63,435 nt of DNA, filler included, from Octopus bimaculoides (GCF_001194135.2; 6 parts of 4 records of this genome joined end to end with filler, not necessarily neighbours in it); one strand, 5' to 3'; counted from the first letter of the whole stretch, positions 24,312 to 38,399 are shown. Notes: generated by a model not told the origin, from the sequence alone. A program made the numbers and translations.

Positions 24312-24422
24312 CATAATACAAATAATATGTGAGTATATGCATATATACGTACATGTATGTACATACCCACGCGCGAACACACATATGTGTATATATAAAT
24401 ATACTCACATATTATTTGTATT

Positions 24423-24458
<36 letters not shown>

Positions 24459-25260
24459 CAGAGAAACTTGGTTGTCTCTGCTGTCTATTTTTACTTTTGC
24501 TAGATAGACATAGAGAGAGAGAGGGGGAGGGAGAGAGAGGGAGTGAGAGAGAGAGAGATTGTCACCAACATATATTGTCATTATTATCATCATCATCAAT
24601 ATCACAACTAATTCAAAGAATGGCACAGATAACAAGAACAAATCCACAAATAACAATTCCACCAACAGGACCATCACCATCACCATCACCATCACCATCA
24701 CCTCAACTACTACAACCAGCACCATCATCCCCCTTCCCACCTCCACTCACCACCACCACCATCACCTCAATCACTACAACCACCAGCATCATCCCCCACC
24801 ACCACCACCACTTCAACCCCAGCCCCACCACTACCACTAACAACAGCACCACTAGAACAACAAATAACAACATATCAACAACACCACTACCACCTTAGAC
24901 ATTACAAATAACAACACAAGGCTGGTCCCCACCACCACCTCAATCACCAACACCGTCGTCACCACCACCATCAATGTTTCCAGCACCACCTCTAACAACA
25001 CCAACACCATCCTTCTACACTCTGTCCAATGCTAGCAACAATGTGCTTACTCAATCTGCTAGAAATAGCAGCTAATCTATCTTAAACAGACAATATAATC
25101 CTAAAAAGGGGTTAGTCATGGCTGGAATGCCTGCTCATAGGTCTACTGCATCAAAGCTGGTATGGGATTAAACAACAACAACAACAGCAACAACAACAAC
25201 AGCAATGGCAATAACAGTTTTAACACCAACATAAACCAAGATCATCTACTGATGTTGTTG
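20800..25260. repeat. Low-complexity block of tri- and tetranucleotide microsatellites (ATC, ACC, AAC, TAAA, ATGT, AGT, TA)
   Basis: Read directly; it accounts for the poly-M/H/T/S/V and YI/CV ORFs in the track. Confidence 0.95.
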
Positions 25261-25344
25261 TTGTCAGCCTCAGGTCAGTCCTAAAGAAACAGACCAATGA
25301 TCAAAGCCATTCCAGCCGCGACCATCCTGTTTTATCTTTTATTT

Positions 25345-25704
25345 TTTACTTGTTTCAGTCATTAGACTGTGGCCATGCTGGGGTACCACCTTCAAGAATT
25401 TTAAATAGAGAAAACGATCTGAGTTCTAATTATCTATTGTTATTTTTAAAGCTTGTTATTTATTCTGTTGTTCTTTTTCTGTTGAACTGTTGAGTTACAA
25501 GGATGTAAACACACCAACACCAGATGCCAAGTGATGTGAGAGGGGTTAGGGGTACAAACCTGTAACTTAGTGGTTTGGCAAATGGGCGCATTCTGGATTC
25601 AGTCCCACCATGTGGCACCTTGGGCAAGTGTCTTCTACTATGTCCTTGGGCCAACCAAAGCCTCGTGAGTGGATTTGGTAGACGGAAACTGAAAGAAGCC
25701 TGTC

Positions 25705-25746
<42 letters not shown>

Positions 25747-26140
25747 CTGTGTTTGTCCCCCACCATCACTTGCTATCTCTGCAACTTAGCGGTTCAGCAA
25801 AATATACCAATAGAATAAGTACTAGGCTTACAAAGAATAAGTCCTCGGGTCGATTTGCTCGACTAAAGGTGGTGCTCCAACATGGCCATAGTCAAATGCC
25901 TGAAACAAGTAAAAGAAAAGAATATATATATATATATATACACCCATGCATGCAAGATGATGATGATGATATATATATGTATCTTTTGGGTGTGTGGTAA
26001 GAAGCTGGCTTCCCAACCACATGGTTCTGGGTTCAGTCCCACTGCATGACACCTTGAGTAATTGTCTTCTGCTATAGCCTCAGGCCAACCAAAGCCTTGT
26101 AAGTGGATTTGGTAGACAGAAACTGAAAAAAGCACATCAT
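25345..26140. mobile_element. Cluster of three SINE family B pieces (one minus, two plus)
   Basis: A minus tail at about 25345-25555, a plus copy at about 25561-25920 and a plus head at about 25985-26140. Further family B pieces lie at about 14974-15132 (-), 16690-17040, 17265-17412 (-), 19421-19580 (-), 41030-41225 (+), 41245-41695 (+) and 55720-55925 (+). Confidence 0.75.
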
Positions 26141-27359
26141 ATATATATATNNNNNNNNNNNNNNNNNNNNNNNNNNNNNNNNNNNNNNNNNNNNNNNNNN
26201 NNNNNNNNNNNNNNNNNNNNNNNNNNNNNNNNNNNNNNNNNNNNNNNNNNNNNNNNNNNNNNNNNNNNNNNNNNNNNNNNNNNNNNNNNNNNNNNNNNNN
26301 NNNNNNNNNNNNNNNNNNNNNNNNNNNNNNNNNNNNNNNNNNNNNNNNNNNNNNNNNNNNNNNNNNNNNNNNNNNNNNNNNNNNNNNNNNNNNNNNNNNN
26401 NNNNNNNNNNNNNNNNNNNNNNNNNNNNNNNNNNNNNNNNNNNNNNNNNNNNNNNNNNNNNNNNNNNNNNNNNNNNNNNNNNNNNNNNNNNNNNNNNNNN
26501 NNNNNNNNNNNNNNNNNNNNNNNNNNNNNNNNNNNNNNNNNNNNNNNNNNNNNNNNNNNNNNNNNNNNNNNNNNNNNNNNNNNNNNNNNNNNNNNNNNNN
26601 NNNNNNNNNNNNNNNNNNNNNNNNNNNNNNNNNNNNNNNNNNNNNNNNNNNNNNNNNNNNNNNNNNNNNNNNNNNNNNNNNNNNNNNNNNNNNNNNNNNN
26701 NNNNNNNNNNNNNNNNNNNNNNNNNNNNNNNNNNNNNNNNNNNNNNNNNNNNNNNNNNNNNNNNNNNNNNNNNNNNNNNNNNNNNNNNNNNNNNNNNNNN
26801 NNNNNNNNNNNNNNNNNNNNNNNNNNNNNNNNNNNNNNNNNNNNNNNNNNNNNNNNNNNNNNNNNNNNNNNNNNNNNNNNNNNNNNNNNNNNNNNNNNNN
26901 NNNNNNNNNNNNNNNNNNNNNNNNNNNNNNNNNNNNNNNNNNNNNNNNNNNNNNNNNNNNNNNNNNNNNNNNNNNNNNNNNNNNNNNNNNNNNNNNNNNN
27001 NNNNNNNNNNNNNNNNNNNNNNNNNNNNNNNNNNNNNNNNNNNNNNNNNNNNNNNNNNNNNNNNNNNNNNNNNNNNNNNNNNNNNNNNNNNNNNNNNNNN
27101 NNNNNNNNNNNNNNNNNNNNNNNATATATATATATATATATAATTATATTATAAATACATGCTTTTTAAGACAGTTGGGTGTGATTTGAAAGATATTTGA
27201 CTGCTATTTCTTGGAAAGTGAGTGACCACATAGATGCCCCCTCAACAACATTACAAACTTTACTCATATAACCTAAACCTATGATAGAGTTGCTACCATC
27301 ATCATAAACACTACTACTCTTCACACCCTTAATTACTGATGTAGAAAGCACAGTGGTGC

Positions 27360-27560
27360 CTGTATGTGTTTACTCAATATGCTAGAAATAGCAGCAAGGT
27401 CTCCCTCAAGTGCGCCCGGAGTTGTTAGAAGAGATATAATGAAGTCTAGGTTCTCTGGACACAGAGAGAAGGTAAGATAAGCTAAGTCAGAATGCCTTTA
27501 GTTATAAGTCTGCTGGATCAGGACTAACCCAGGGCTAACCCAGGGCTGAACAGAAACAAA
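27360..27560 (-). mobile_element. Short interspersed repeat family D (GCTGCTATTTCTAGC motif)
   Basis: TACTCAAT.TGCTAGAAATAGCAGC recurs at about 25048 and 27370. Related pieces lie at about 3490-3560, 4520-4570, 5690-5860, 25262-25335, 27170-27240 and 42515-42575. Confidence 0.55.
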
Positions 27561-29035
27561 ACCAACTGCAATAACAACAAAAAGCTACTGTCACAAACAA
27601 TGATAAAACAACAACAGCGGCAGCAGCAGCAGTAGCAGCATTACTTGAAATCTGAGATTTCAGGGCTATCACTGCTAATAACAATAATAAAACCTACAAG
27701 TACCATGTCAGTAACAAGAATAAAAACAACATTGTAAATATCAATTATACCATCATCATCATCATCAGCAGTAAGGATGACAAAAAGTACAAGGTGTACA
27801 AAGCCACATGGTACAATATCATAACTTCAACAACAATATCACCACCACCACCACCACCACCACCACTGATGACCACAACAACAACAACAACCATTGCTAA
27901 TAACAATGGTAACATCATTATTTATAATTAAAAAAAAAACAGCATTTAACCCATTCATCTCATTATCTATCATATACATACTTATGTGTATATATATATG
28001 TGTGAGTTTATGTGTGCATGTGTGTGTGTCTAAGTATATATATATGTGAGTGTGTATGTGCTTATGAATGTGTATATATATGTGTGTCTAAGTATATATA
28101 TATGTGTGAGTATGTATGTGTGAGTGTGTGTGTGTGTCTGTCTGTGTGTGTGTGTGTGTAAACACACATTTATGTGTATATATATATATTCACAGATTAA
28201 ATATCTGTCTACTTATCTATCTATTTACTGATCTACCTATCTATTTTGATATCTGTCCATACCACTATCTCTCTCTCTGTCTCTCTCTCTGTCTCTCTCT
28301 CCGTCTCTCTCTCTGTCTGTCTCTCTCTCTCCCTCTGTCTATCTATTTATCTATTCACCTATCTATTTTCTTTAATCCACTGCCCTCCCCCATCTACCCC
28401 CATCCCACACAATGTAATTTTTCTTCCTTCTTTTACATCCTTATGTTTTTCTTTGATTCACATCTCAGTTGTCCTTCTGTATCGAAGCTACTAAGGGCAA
28501 CGCCATTCCACCTCGGAACCCCCTTCCACCGTCCTCACCCCACACCACCCATAACTTCTTAAGACTCTGTCTGCCTTATGGCCTCACATATATTACACAC
28601 ACACACATATATGAATACTCTTGAACATACACATACATATTTACACATGCATACATACATACATACATACATACATACATCGCATCATTCCTACCTATAG
28701 TCCAGCCTAATGACCATCTGTCCTAGTGTGGCTTACTTATTCTGAATTGTCACTGCTATGGCCAGCACTTCTCCACTGACCAATTCATTAGTGAGATTCT
28801 CAGACTTGCTTCCTAACAGACATATGTATATGCATGTATGCACTTATGCTCACATGCCTGCATGCTCACAGATGCATAGGCAATGCCATATAAGCGTTAC
28901 ACAAAAACACATCTGTATACAGACTGCAGGCAGGCTTGCATTAATTTTAGCATAATCTGTATATGAATGTGTGACTGCATGCTAGCGTGCATATGTATGT
29001 AATATGTAATATGTATACATGTGTGTGTGTGTGTG

Positions 29036-29088
<53 letters not shown>

Positions 29089-29415
29089 ATATATACATAT
29101 ATATAAATTTATGTATATATATATTTATGCATATATATATTTATGTATATATATACATTTATGTATATATATATATATTTATGTATATACNNNNNNNNNN
29201 NNNNNNNNNNNNNNNNNNNNNNNNNNNNNNNNNNTTAATTAATTAANNNNNNNNNNNNNNNNNNNNNNNNNNNNNNNNNNNNNNNNNNNNAAAGGACAGA
29301 ATTTCTAAGAAAACTTCCTTTTAAGTTTATATCGAATTACAGAATAGAAAAAAAGTTATTTCACTTAGATTCTTGCACGCAGCAAGAAATAACATAATTC
29401 GTACAGAAAGTTTTA

Positions 29416-29469
<54 letters not shown>

Positions 29470-29893
29470 CAAAGGAAGTTGTTCTGTGGCATTCTTTCGT
29501 TTGAAACAGCAAAGTTGTCAATGCGCTCACATGGTTGATCATATGGGGGTCATATCATTCTTCATTAACTTCCGAATTTTTTTTTTCCTGCTTGAAGAGT
29601 CCAGAAATTGAAAGAGAGTGAAAGAGAGTGAAAAGGTAGCATGAGATAGAGAAATAGAGAAAGTGAAAGATGTATGCAGGTGTATATGAAATGGACGTGT
29701 GTGTGCGTGTAATTGAGAGAAAGTGAGTGAGTGAAAGTGTGTGTTGTCATGTATGTATCTTTTGCATGTATGTGTAAATGGCATTCTCTCTCTATCACTC
29801 ACACACACACATACACACACGTTATTTTTCATATACACTACATAAATACATATGCATATATCTTTTTTGTATGTATGTAAGAGAGAGAGAGAG

Positions 29894-29956
<63 letters not shown>

Positions 29957-30699
29957 CTGTATTTCCCCATAACACTGAGAAATGGATGCCTTTTAATGGA
30001 TTTTTGGTTGTCGCTTATTTTAATACAATATTCATGTGTACATTTTCATAAATAGAGTAGAATTCTACGCATTCGGGACGAAAGTGAAACATTTGAAGAA
30101 AATCGAAGTATTGCCCGAAATAACCTCAAATTTGTGCGACCCAACCTCGTTTCTGAGGTCAGTTTAGTAGTAAAAAGGTGTGGTGCCAAAAACATAGTTT
30201 ATTTGGTAGCCTTGATATATATAGACAGATGATAAGCAACTTTCTTTATTATAGTACAGATGTGACTAATTCGGAGAAACATTACTTTCATTATTCACAC
30301 ATTGTCACTCACGTAATGCAACACTTCGTAATTTTGGTTCAATTTGAAAGTGTGAAACTGTTTTCACTTTCTAATGAAGCCTGATCATTGTAGAGCAGTG
30401 CCTTTCAAATAACTACAGCTGGTTGTTGAAATAACATAGAAAATATGTAAATGAAAAATAAAGTTTATTTAGTAGTCGAAAGATTACTGAATCTTTTGAT
30501 ACCCCATACGTCAAAATCGGCAATGCAGTTTTCGATTGCATAAGGAATATACGCACACATACATACACATACAAAATGTATGTATAAATATATATATATG
30601 TATGCATGCTTTCATGTATGTATGTATTATATATGTGCGTGTGTATGTACACGTAGCTGAAAAAAGACGTGTGGTCAAGCAGATCGATTCACGCAATTC

Positions 30700-32160
30700 G
30701 TAAACCACGAACATGACCCTAACAAGTGCGCAACAACAAACAATTTAAATAACAAAACTCGTCTAAAACACCGACAGAATGCTAACGAAAATGTAACTAG
30801 AGCACTACATAAAAGTTAATATAAACATTTACGAATAGATTCAAAGAGAGAATCCAGTGCATGACAATCGAAAGGTGATAATGATTAAAGAATTTGAATC
30901 AAGAGAAAATCTTCCTATAGACTAAAGTGAGACACTTCTAAAGATAAAACTCATTGATGAAATAGCAGTTAGGATATCCATACCAAACCATTGCAGATTA
31001 ATAAAGCAGACACGAATAACTATATCATCAGGATAAACGAAAGAATACAAGTACCAATCATAGTAATTACAGATGAAAGTAAGATACTCCTTTGGATCTA
31101 CTAATTTAGGAATCTCAAAATTTAAGCAGACATGACATTTATAAGAATGATTTCAATTACCTACCAGACTTTTGATAACTTCTCCCACACGCAGTACTTG
31201 AAGATTTTAGTCATCAGTAAAACGTATCTGATAACAAATAGATACAAGAATTTTACAATGTATAAACAGTGAACAATTCTGCAAATATATACAAAAGAGG
31301 GATTATAAATTACCAGCGGCGTTTCTGTTTCAAGAGGAAATTCTGTTTGTAATTAACATCTTTAGCCAATATGTTAAACCATTACGGCGAGACGATCGAC
31401 AATGTTTGTATATGAACCACAGATGATAACTAAAAACATTGTTTTAGGCTTTACATGAAGTAAGTTATAAAGGAATTCAGATGATAAAAATGAAATGTGC
31501 CAAGGTGATGTTGTGTAGAGCAGAATTGTGAACATCATTATCAATTTAGAGAAAAGAGAAAAGAAAATAAAGGAAATACATAGGGTTCAATTAACACGAC
31601 AGACGCACAAAAATGAAAGTGAAAGATAAGAAAGAATACATAAAATTAAAGCTCAAATCAGAGTTAAATGCCACAAAAAGAAAGGAAAATTTATCGATAC
31701 ACCTGTTTTTCAAGTAATAGTATATATTTATAATATTTTCAACTAGATACTAAATGTGAAGAGAAAAAAAGAGAGAAATAAAGAAAAATAATAACTTCAT
31801 ATACAATTCCACATCCAGAATCTGATTTAAGGGATTATTTTTTCATAAATACTGGGAGATAAGGAACTTATTGGACTATCAAAAAATAACTGCTGCAGAA
31901 CCACAAAAATGGGAGATTAGTGTTTGGAGGACTAAGTATCAATAAAAGAAACGATGAAATGATTTAAAATTAAGCTTAAAGTGTACAGAATGATTGCAAT
32001 AAAAATCTTGATTATTGGAAAATCTGAACTGCGGAAAAAGCTTAGGCTGAAGGGTTTTTGATTGCGACATAAGATCAAAGTCTTTGAACTAGAATTCAAA
32101 ACTTTCTAATGAAGCAGAACACATTAAGTAATTGCAAAATATATGAACGCTGGGAGCAAG
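30700..32160 (+). mobile_element. Possible very old RTE-like LINE relic
   Basis: An A-rich stretch with no microsatellites and no open frame. LKVYRMIAIKILIIGKSE near 31975 resembles the RTE motif KLKVYRAVV...LLYG.E. The evidence is weak. Confidence 0.3.
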
Positions 32161-33393
32161 CATTGTCTCTTCTACTACCCAAGCTAAGCCAACAAGCATG
32201 ACACAGTGAAAACTTTAATACAATTTAAAATTTACCAACATTTTAAAAAACAGACAAGTGTGTTTAGATACACGCCATAAAAATCAGATAAAGGTAAAGT
32301 GACTGTACTCTGGGAGAGAGGCAAACAAAATTGAAATTTCAAATGAGAATGTAAAGAGCCGGTAGAAATATTCCCAGGAATTTCTTCTGATGGCCTAATG
32401 ATTGCCGAAATAATAATTTCTAATATTGACACTGTGAGTGTGTCGTCCATAAAATCGATTCCAGCGCTTCACTGGTACATCATTTTATCTTCTCCAGAAA
32501 AGTAAAATGCTATGTTGACTTCGATATGATTTGAACTGTCAATATAAGTTGATGTAACTAAAGTAGTGAACACTATTTTACCTAAGATGCTATTATTCCT
32601 GACCTATTCTTAATCTATTTACCACAAGAGTCTCGTTTGCTCAAATTTGAAAATAAAATGAAGATAATTATTTTTAGATTATGATGCAAATAATGGAATA
32701 TAATCTGAGGTGTGCATACATTTCTTCCCTTATTTCTCACCAGATCATTATGATTTTGCACTTTCCAACAATAGCACTCCATTAAGCGGTACCAAGTAGC
32801 ATTAATACTGCTCATGAAACTCTTTTAACCTTCACCAGAGAATGCATTTATACCCTGCTATCCATGTAGACACCCGAGTAAACCATGATCTAATGAAAGA
32901 TATTGCTGAATTTTCTATTTCGAAGCATTCAAATGCGGGGTGTAAAAGATTATAATCGAGACAAAATACAAGACCTAACATGCCACCCAGCTTAATACAC
33001 ACACGTCTCAACATTCTTTGACAGGGTTCATTCTTATGCTTTGAGTACTTTTCTCCCAGGCTTTTTCCATGACAATGATGAATATGTTTTCAGGATGGGT
33101 ATCTATATTATCAAACATTCGGGTCAACATGGTGCAAGCAAATATTATGATTACTGCGTCTCATAAATTAAAATATGAATACATTAATTTACGAAAGTAG
33201 AATGTGACTGTGGTTATTTTGTGCACATTTATCTATCCTTGTGTTTACAACAATATGTGTATTGGCTGTATGTATGTATGTTTGTACTACGTATGTAGGT
33301 AAATATATATATATAAAGCTGAAGCAAATTAACACCAAATATACAGTGCGTGTGTTTTTATTGGCTAAACTGGCAATATGACCATCCCCAAGT

Positions 33394-33427
<34 letters not shown>

Positions 33428-33451
33428 TATTATTATTATTATTATTATTAT

Positions 33452-33510
<59 letters not shown>

Positions 33511-34263
33511 TAATGATTAAGACGAAGAGCACGATTCGATTGTAATAGATATTTTATTGGTTGAACGATATTTCGACAGCAGGTCTGTCTTTGTCTAGTN
33601 NNNNNNNNNNNNNNNNNNNNNNNNNNNNNNNNNNNNNNNNNNNNNNNNNNNNNNNNNNNNNNNNNNNNNNNNNNNNNNNNNNNNNNNNNNNNNNNNNNNN
33701 NNNNNNNNNNNNNNNNNNNNNNNNNNNNNNNNNNNNNNNNNNNNNNNNNNNNNNNNNNNNNNNNNNNNNNNNNNNNNNNNNNNNNNNNNNNNNNNNNNNN
33801 NNNNNNNNNNNNNNNNNNNNNNNNNNNNNNNNNNNNNNNNNNNNNNNNNNNNNNNNNNNNNNNNNNNNNNNNNNNNNNNNNNNNNNNNNNNNNNNNNNNN
33901 NNNNNNNNNNNNNNNNNNNNNNNNNNNNNNNNNNNNNNNNNNNNNNNNNNNNNNNNNNNNNNNNNNNNNNNNNNNNNNNNNNNNNNNNNNNNNNNNNNNN
34001 NNNNNNNNNNNNNNNNNNNNNNNNNNNNNNNNNNNNNNNNNNNNNNNNNNNNNNNNNNNNNNNNNNNNNNNNNNNNNNNNNNNNNNNNNNNNNNNNNNNN
34101 NNNNNNNNNNNNNNNNNNNNNNNNNNNNNNNNNNNNNNNNNNNNNNNNNNNNNNNNNNNNNNNNNNNNNNNNNNNNNNNNNNNNNNNAATATCTCTTACA
34201 ATCTAATCGCGCTCTTCGTCTTGACTGTTTACCTTTGTGAAGAGTTGCGTCAATCCTTTTTAA

Positions 34264-34311
<48 letters not shown>

Positions 34312-34312
<1 letters not shown>

Positions 34313-34640
34313 GGACTGATTACTACCTAGCTCAGATAACAGGAAACCCCAGAATGGCTGAAGTTCAAAAGATAGTGCTCATGGGAACTGCCCATATCCT
34401 ACGTAAAATACTGTCTATGTGATCTCAAATTTTAAAGCAAACACATAATTTTCTTAAGGTTTCTTAAACATTCACTTGAACAAAACTGTACAAATCCAAA
34501 TATATGGTACCCTAGGCATAACACCTACATGAACTTCTAACTTGTTGTCTCTTGAGGTCTCTGGGTGAGACTTGGATCCAACTTGTACAAATGCAAAACA
34601 AAAGTCAAACATAAAATAATAATAATAATAATAATAATAA
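34312..34640 (+). mobile_element. Severely 5'-truncated R4/Dong-clade LINE 3' end
   Basis: Encodes RTDYYLAQITGNPRMAEVQKIVLMGTAHILRKILSM* (stop 34420-34422), followed by a 3' UTR of about 190 nt and an (AAT)n tail. It is preceded directly by (AAT)n at 34264-34311. Confidence 0.8.
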
Positions 34641-34965
34641 GGAACAACAAAAGATTGAGACCTCGACATTAAATAAATAGAGGATTATTTATATATGTTA
34701 TAATTTAGAACAAAGAGTAAAAGGTTGTCATTATAGTACTCGGAGTTTCGAATGTCGGAGCGAAGAGCTACGTTGCATTCTCGTCGGCTGTTAATGGCAA
34801 CAGACGCTATGAAAAACCGTTGAATAAAAGGGGAGTTACTCTAACTGGTAGAAAGATACAAAATACACGCAACCATATTCTCATAATACATAGACATAAA
34901 CCACCTTCGTTCACAACGATTACATACTATAATGGCAACTTTTTACTGCTAGTTCTAAATTATAA

Positions 34966-35196
34966 CTGAAAAAGATCCTCACAAAGGCAAAATTATTTTC
35001 CGAAACAACAGATGCGAAAGTAAACAAATGTGGTCGACCAAATTCTGCAACATGCCCAAACATTCTAGAAGGTTCAGAATTCCTCTTCAAAGAGGGACAC
35101 AAATTGAAAGTTAAATCTAACTTTACTTGTGCCTCAGAAAATCTTATTTATGTAATAAGATGTTCGGGCTGCCACGAGAACTACATAGGGTCCACA
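34966..35196 (+). mobile_element. Penelope-like element fragment: Cys-rich linker and GIY-YIG endonuclease start
   Basis: A 77-codon open frame reads LKKILTKAKLFSETTDAKVNKCGRPNSATCPNILEGSEFLFKEGHKLKVKSNFTCASENLIYVIRCSGCHENYIGST. It shows the LIY..YIG motif and CxxC residues of PLE endonucleases and runs into a gap. It is absent from the ORF track because it has no start codon. Confidence 0.85.
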
Positions 35197-35296
35197 NNNN
35201 NNNNNNNNNNNNNNNNNNNNNNNNNNNNNNNNNNNNNNNNTTAATTAATTAANNNNNNNNNNNNNNNNNNNNNNNNNNNNNNNNNNNNNNNNNNNN

Positions 35297-35330
<34 letters not shown>

Positions 35331-35418
35331 GTATGTGTATATAAGTGTGTATATATACATATGTATATACACACACATATGTATCTGCATATATGTGTAT
35401 GCATGTACATATAGATGT

Positions 35419-35521
<103 letters not shown>

Positions 35522-36536
35522 CATAGATATAGATAGATATATGTGTGTTTATGTAAGTGTGTATATATGAATATATATACGTACATCCATGCACACACCA
35601 TCTACATAAATGCATACAAATGACCATCTGTAGGCTTGTCTGTGAAGTGCTGGTCGGGTTAAAGTTTCATAACAGACATAAGCATCAGGGTTAAAATACA
35701 AGGCGAAAAACAAGAAACACAAAAAAACCAACAAAATAACTGTTGGACACTCCTACATCGAAATCTAATGAAAAACTAAGAAATAAAAAAATAGGTGAAA
35801 AACTAATAAATAAGAAAATAGAATTATATATATATATATATATATATGTGCGTGTGTGTGTGTGTGTGTGTGTGTACGTGCATGTGTGTGTATAATGCTT
35901 TTCTAGTTTTATTTAAGCCACAAATTGCGTGCTAAATATCAATTATTTAGAATTCCACGTACATGGCAGTCTGTGTGTAGGAAATCTATCATCTATTGTA
36001 AAATCCGGGTTTGAGTGATACACAGACCATATATAGAAAACAAGAGAAAACCTACATATGATTATTACTAAATATCTTATAAACAATCTCAGGTTTTGTT
36101 ATGTTTGTATGTATTTATGTATCTATGTATATACATTATAAGTACATACATTTATATATATATNNNNNNNNNNNNNNNNNNNNNNNNNNNNNNNNNNNNN
36201 NNNNNNNNNNNNNNNNNNNNNNNNNNNNNNNNNNNNNNNNNNNNNNNNNNNNNNNNNNNNNNNNNNNNNNNNNNNNNNNNNNNNNNNNNNNNNNNNNNNN
36301 NNNNNNNNNNNNNNNNNNNNNNNNNNNNNNNNNNNNNNNNNNNNNNNNNNNNNNNNNNNNNNNNNNNNNNNNNNNNNNNNNNNNNNNNNNNNNNNNNNNN
36401 NNNNNNNNNNNNNNNNNNNNNNNNNNNNNNNNNNNNNNNNNNNNNNNNNNNNNNNNNNNNNNNNNNNNNNNNNNNNNNNNNNNNNNNNNNNNNNNNNNNN
36501 NNNNNNNNNNNNNNNNNNNNNNTCTTATATATATGT

Positions 36537-36568
<32 letters not shown>

Positions 36569-36959
36569 TGTATGTATGCATGTATGAATGTATGCATGTA
36601 TGTATGTATGCGTGTATGTATGTATGGAGTATTAATCTGAATGGAATATTCTGTTGAAATTAAAGATGGCACGTATCTTTATTTGTTGTTTTAAGCTTAA
36701 ACATATCGTGATTGAGAATATTAGTGTAATTCTTTAATTTCAATACGTAGATTGACAACTCTGCTCTCACAAATATAATTAAAAGTGAATTTGTGTTTTT
36801 CGTTATGTGTGAATGACTTAACGAGTCATTCACACAACTTCAGCAGTCAATCACACATACGCTTGCCTGTTTTGAGTGTTATTTGCTCGAAATCTTCTTC
36901 GAAGAAAATTACATCAACTCATTAAAGATATGCTTCTATATTGCAACTGCATTAAAAGA

Positions 36960-37230
36960 TTTTATTATAAAATTCTGCCGTTGCAACTTGGTATTAGAGG
37001 GAGATTTTCTGGAAGGTGTTCTAGATTGTGATATGTAATGTGAGAAGTGATGACATCCAGGCAACTATAACTCACCTTGCCACTGTCACTCTTAAAAAGC
37101 TTGTGAAAATTATGCATGTCTAGTAAACGGTTACTTAAAAAAGAGGGAAAATTCCTACCCATGTTAATGAATTCATCCAAATAGTTGACTGGGCTGAAAC
37201 AAATTGTGTCTTCTTGGTTCTGCTACAGGC
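36960..37230 (-). mobile_element. Old Penelope-like element fragment (region C-terminal to RT)
   Basis: ICFSPVNYLDEFINMGRNF...HNFHKLFKSDSGKVSYSCLD resembles the PLE motif IWFNPPYS...TNIGK.F...HKIFNRN.VKVSYSC. It is highly diverged. Confidence 0.55.
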
Positions 37231-37860
37231 ATATTCTCACGTGATGAACATGACAGTCAGAGGCAAAATATATGAAATATCTAAGTTGTAAATCTTGTAC
37301 TTTTACTAATAGAATTGTATTGATTCATTTTCACGTTAAAGTCTACAAGAATTAAATATAAATGATTTTATCTGTTATACAGGTTGAAAGTTTTGAAGAT
37401 GACCCAAAAAGTGTGACGTGTATGAAATCGAACAAAATAACTTTATTCCTCTGAAAATATTAACTGCTACTTCCTCTGCTAATTCCCCCAGAGCAATATA
37501 AAAAGCTTATTGTGTTTATCAACATTGATTTTGAAATTTACTAACGAGTTTGATGGACAACAAAGTGTGTGGTCACAATTTTCATTCACCTAGTGTGATA
37601 CACATGGCAAAAAAGGACATTATAATTTCAAGACATATTTTCCATTTCTTTCGAATAGTGTAAATCTGCAAAACATTATTCTGATATCGATATCAGGTAC
37701 GAAAACGAATCATTTCAAAATATATTTACAGACATGTAGTGGCTTTCTGTTCATTGTAAAAAAATTTCGAAAAGCTGTTGTGTTTTTACTTTCATGAAAG
37801 TGGCCCTGTTTTCATGAAAACGCGGAAAATACTCACAAACGACACTTGGAGTGGCTCATA

Positions 37861-38365
37861 GGCGCAGAAGTGGCCATGTGGTAAGTAGCTTGCTTACCAA
37901 CCACATGGTTCCAGGTTCAGTCCCACTGCGTGGCACTTTGGGGAAATGTCTTCTGCTATAGCCTCGGGCCGACCAAAGCCTTGTGAGTGGATTTAGTTTG
38001 TGGAAACTGAAAGAAGCCCGTCGTATATATGCATATGTATATATATATATGCGTGTGTGTTTGTGTGTCTGTTTGTCCCCCCCCCCCNNNNNNNNNNNNN
38101 NNNNNNNNNNNNNNNNNNNNNNNNNNNNNNNNNNNNNNNNNNNNNNNNNNNNNNNNNNNNNNNNNNNNNNNNNNNNNNNAAATCGCTTGACAACCGATGC
38201 TGGTGTGTTTACGTCCCCGTAACCTAGCGGTTCGGCAAAAGAGAAAGATAGAATAAGTACTAGGCTTACAAAGAATAAGTCCTGGGGTCGATTAGCTCGA
38301 CTAAAGGCGTTGCTCCAGCATGGCCTCCGTCAAATGACTGAAACAAGTAAAAGAGTAAAAGAGTA
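37861..38365 (+). mobile_element. Full-length SINE family B (tRNA-like head, CORE-like CTTTGGG/CCTTGGGCAAG segment, internal microsatellite)
   Basis: Runs from GGCGCAGAAGTGGCCATGTGGTAAG...GGTTCAGTCCCACTG through an internal TA/TG tract to the tail GACTGAAACAAGTAAAAGAGTAAAAGAG. The CORE assignment is from memory of CORE-SINEs. Confidence 0.85.
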
Positions 38366-38399
38366 TCGTTATAAGTAAAAAAAAAAAAAAACCCAAAAG

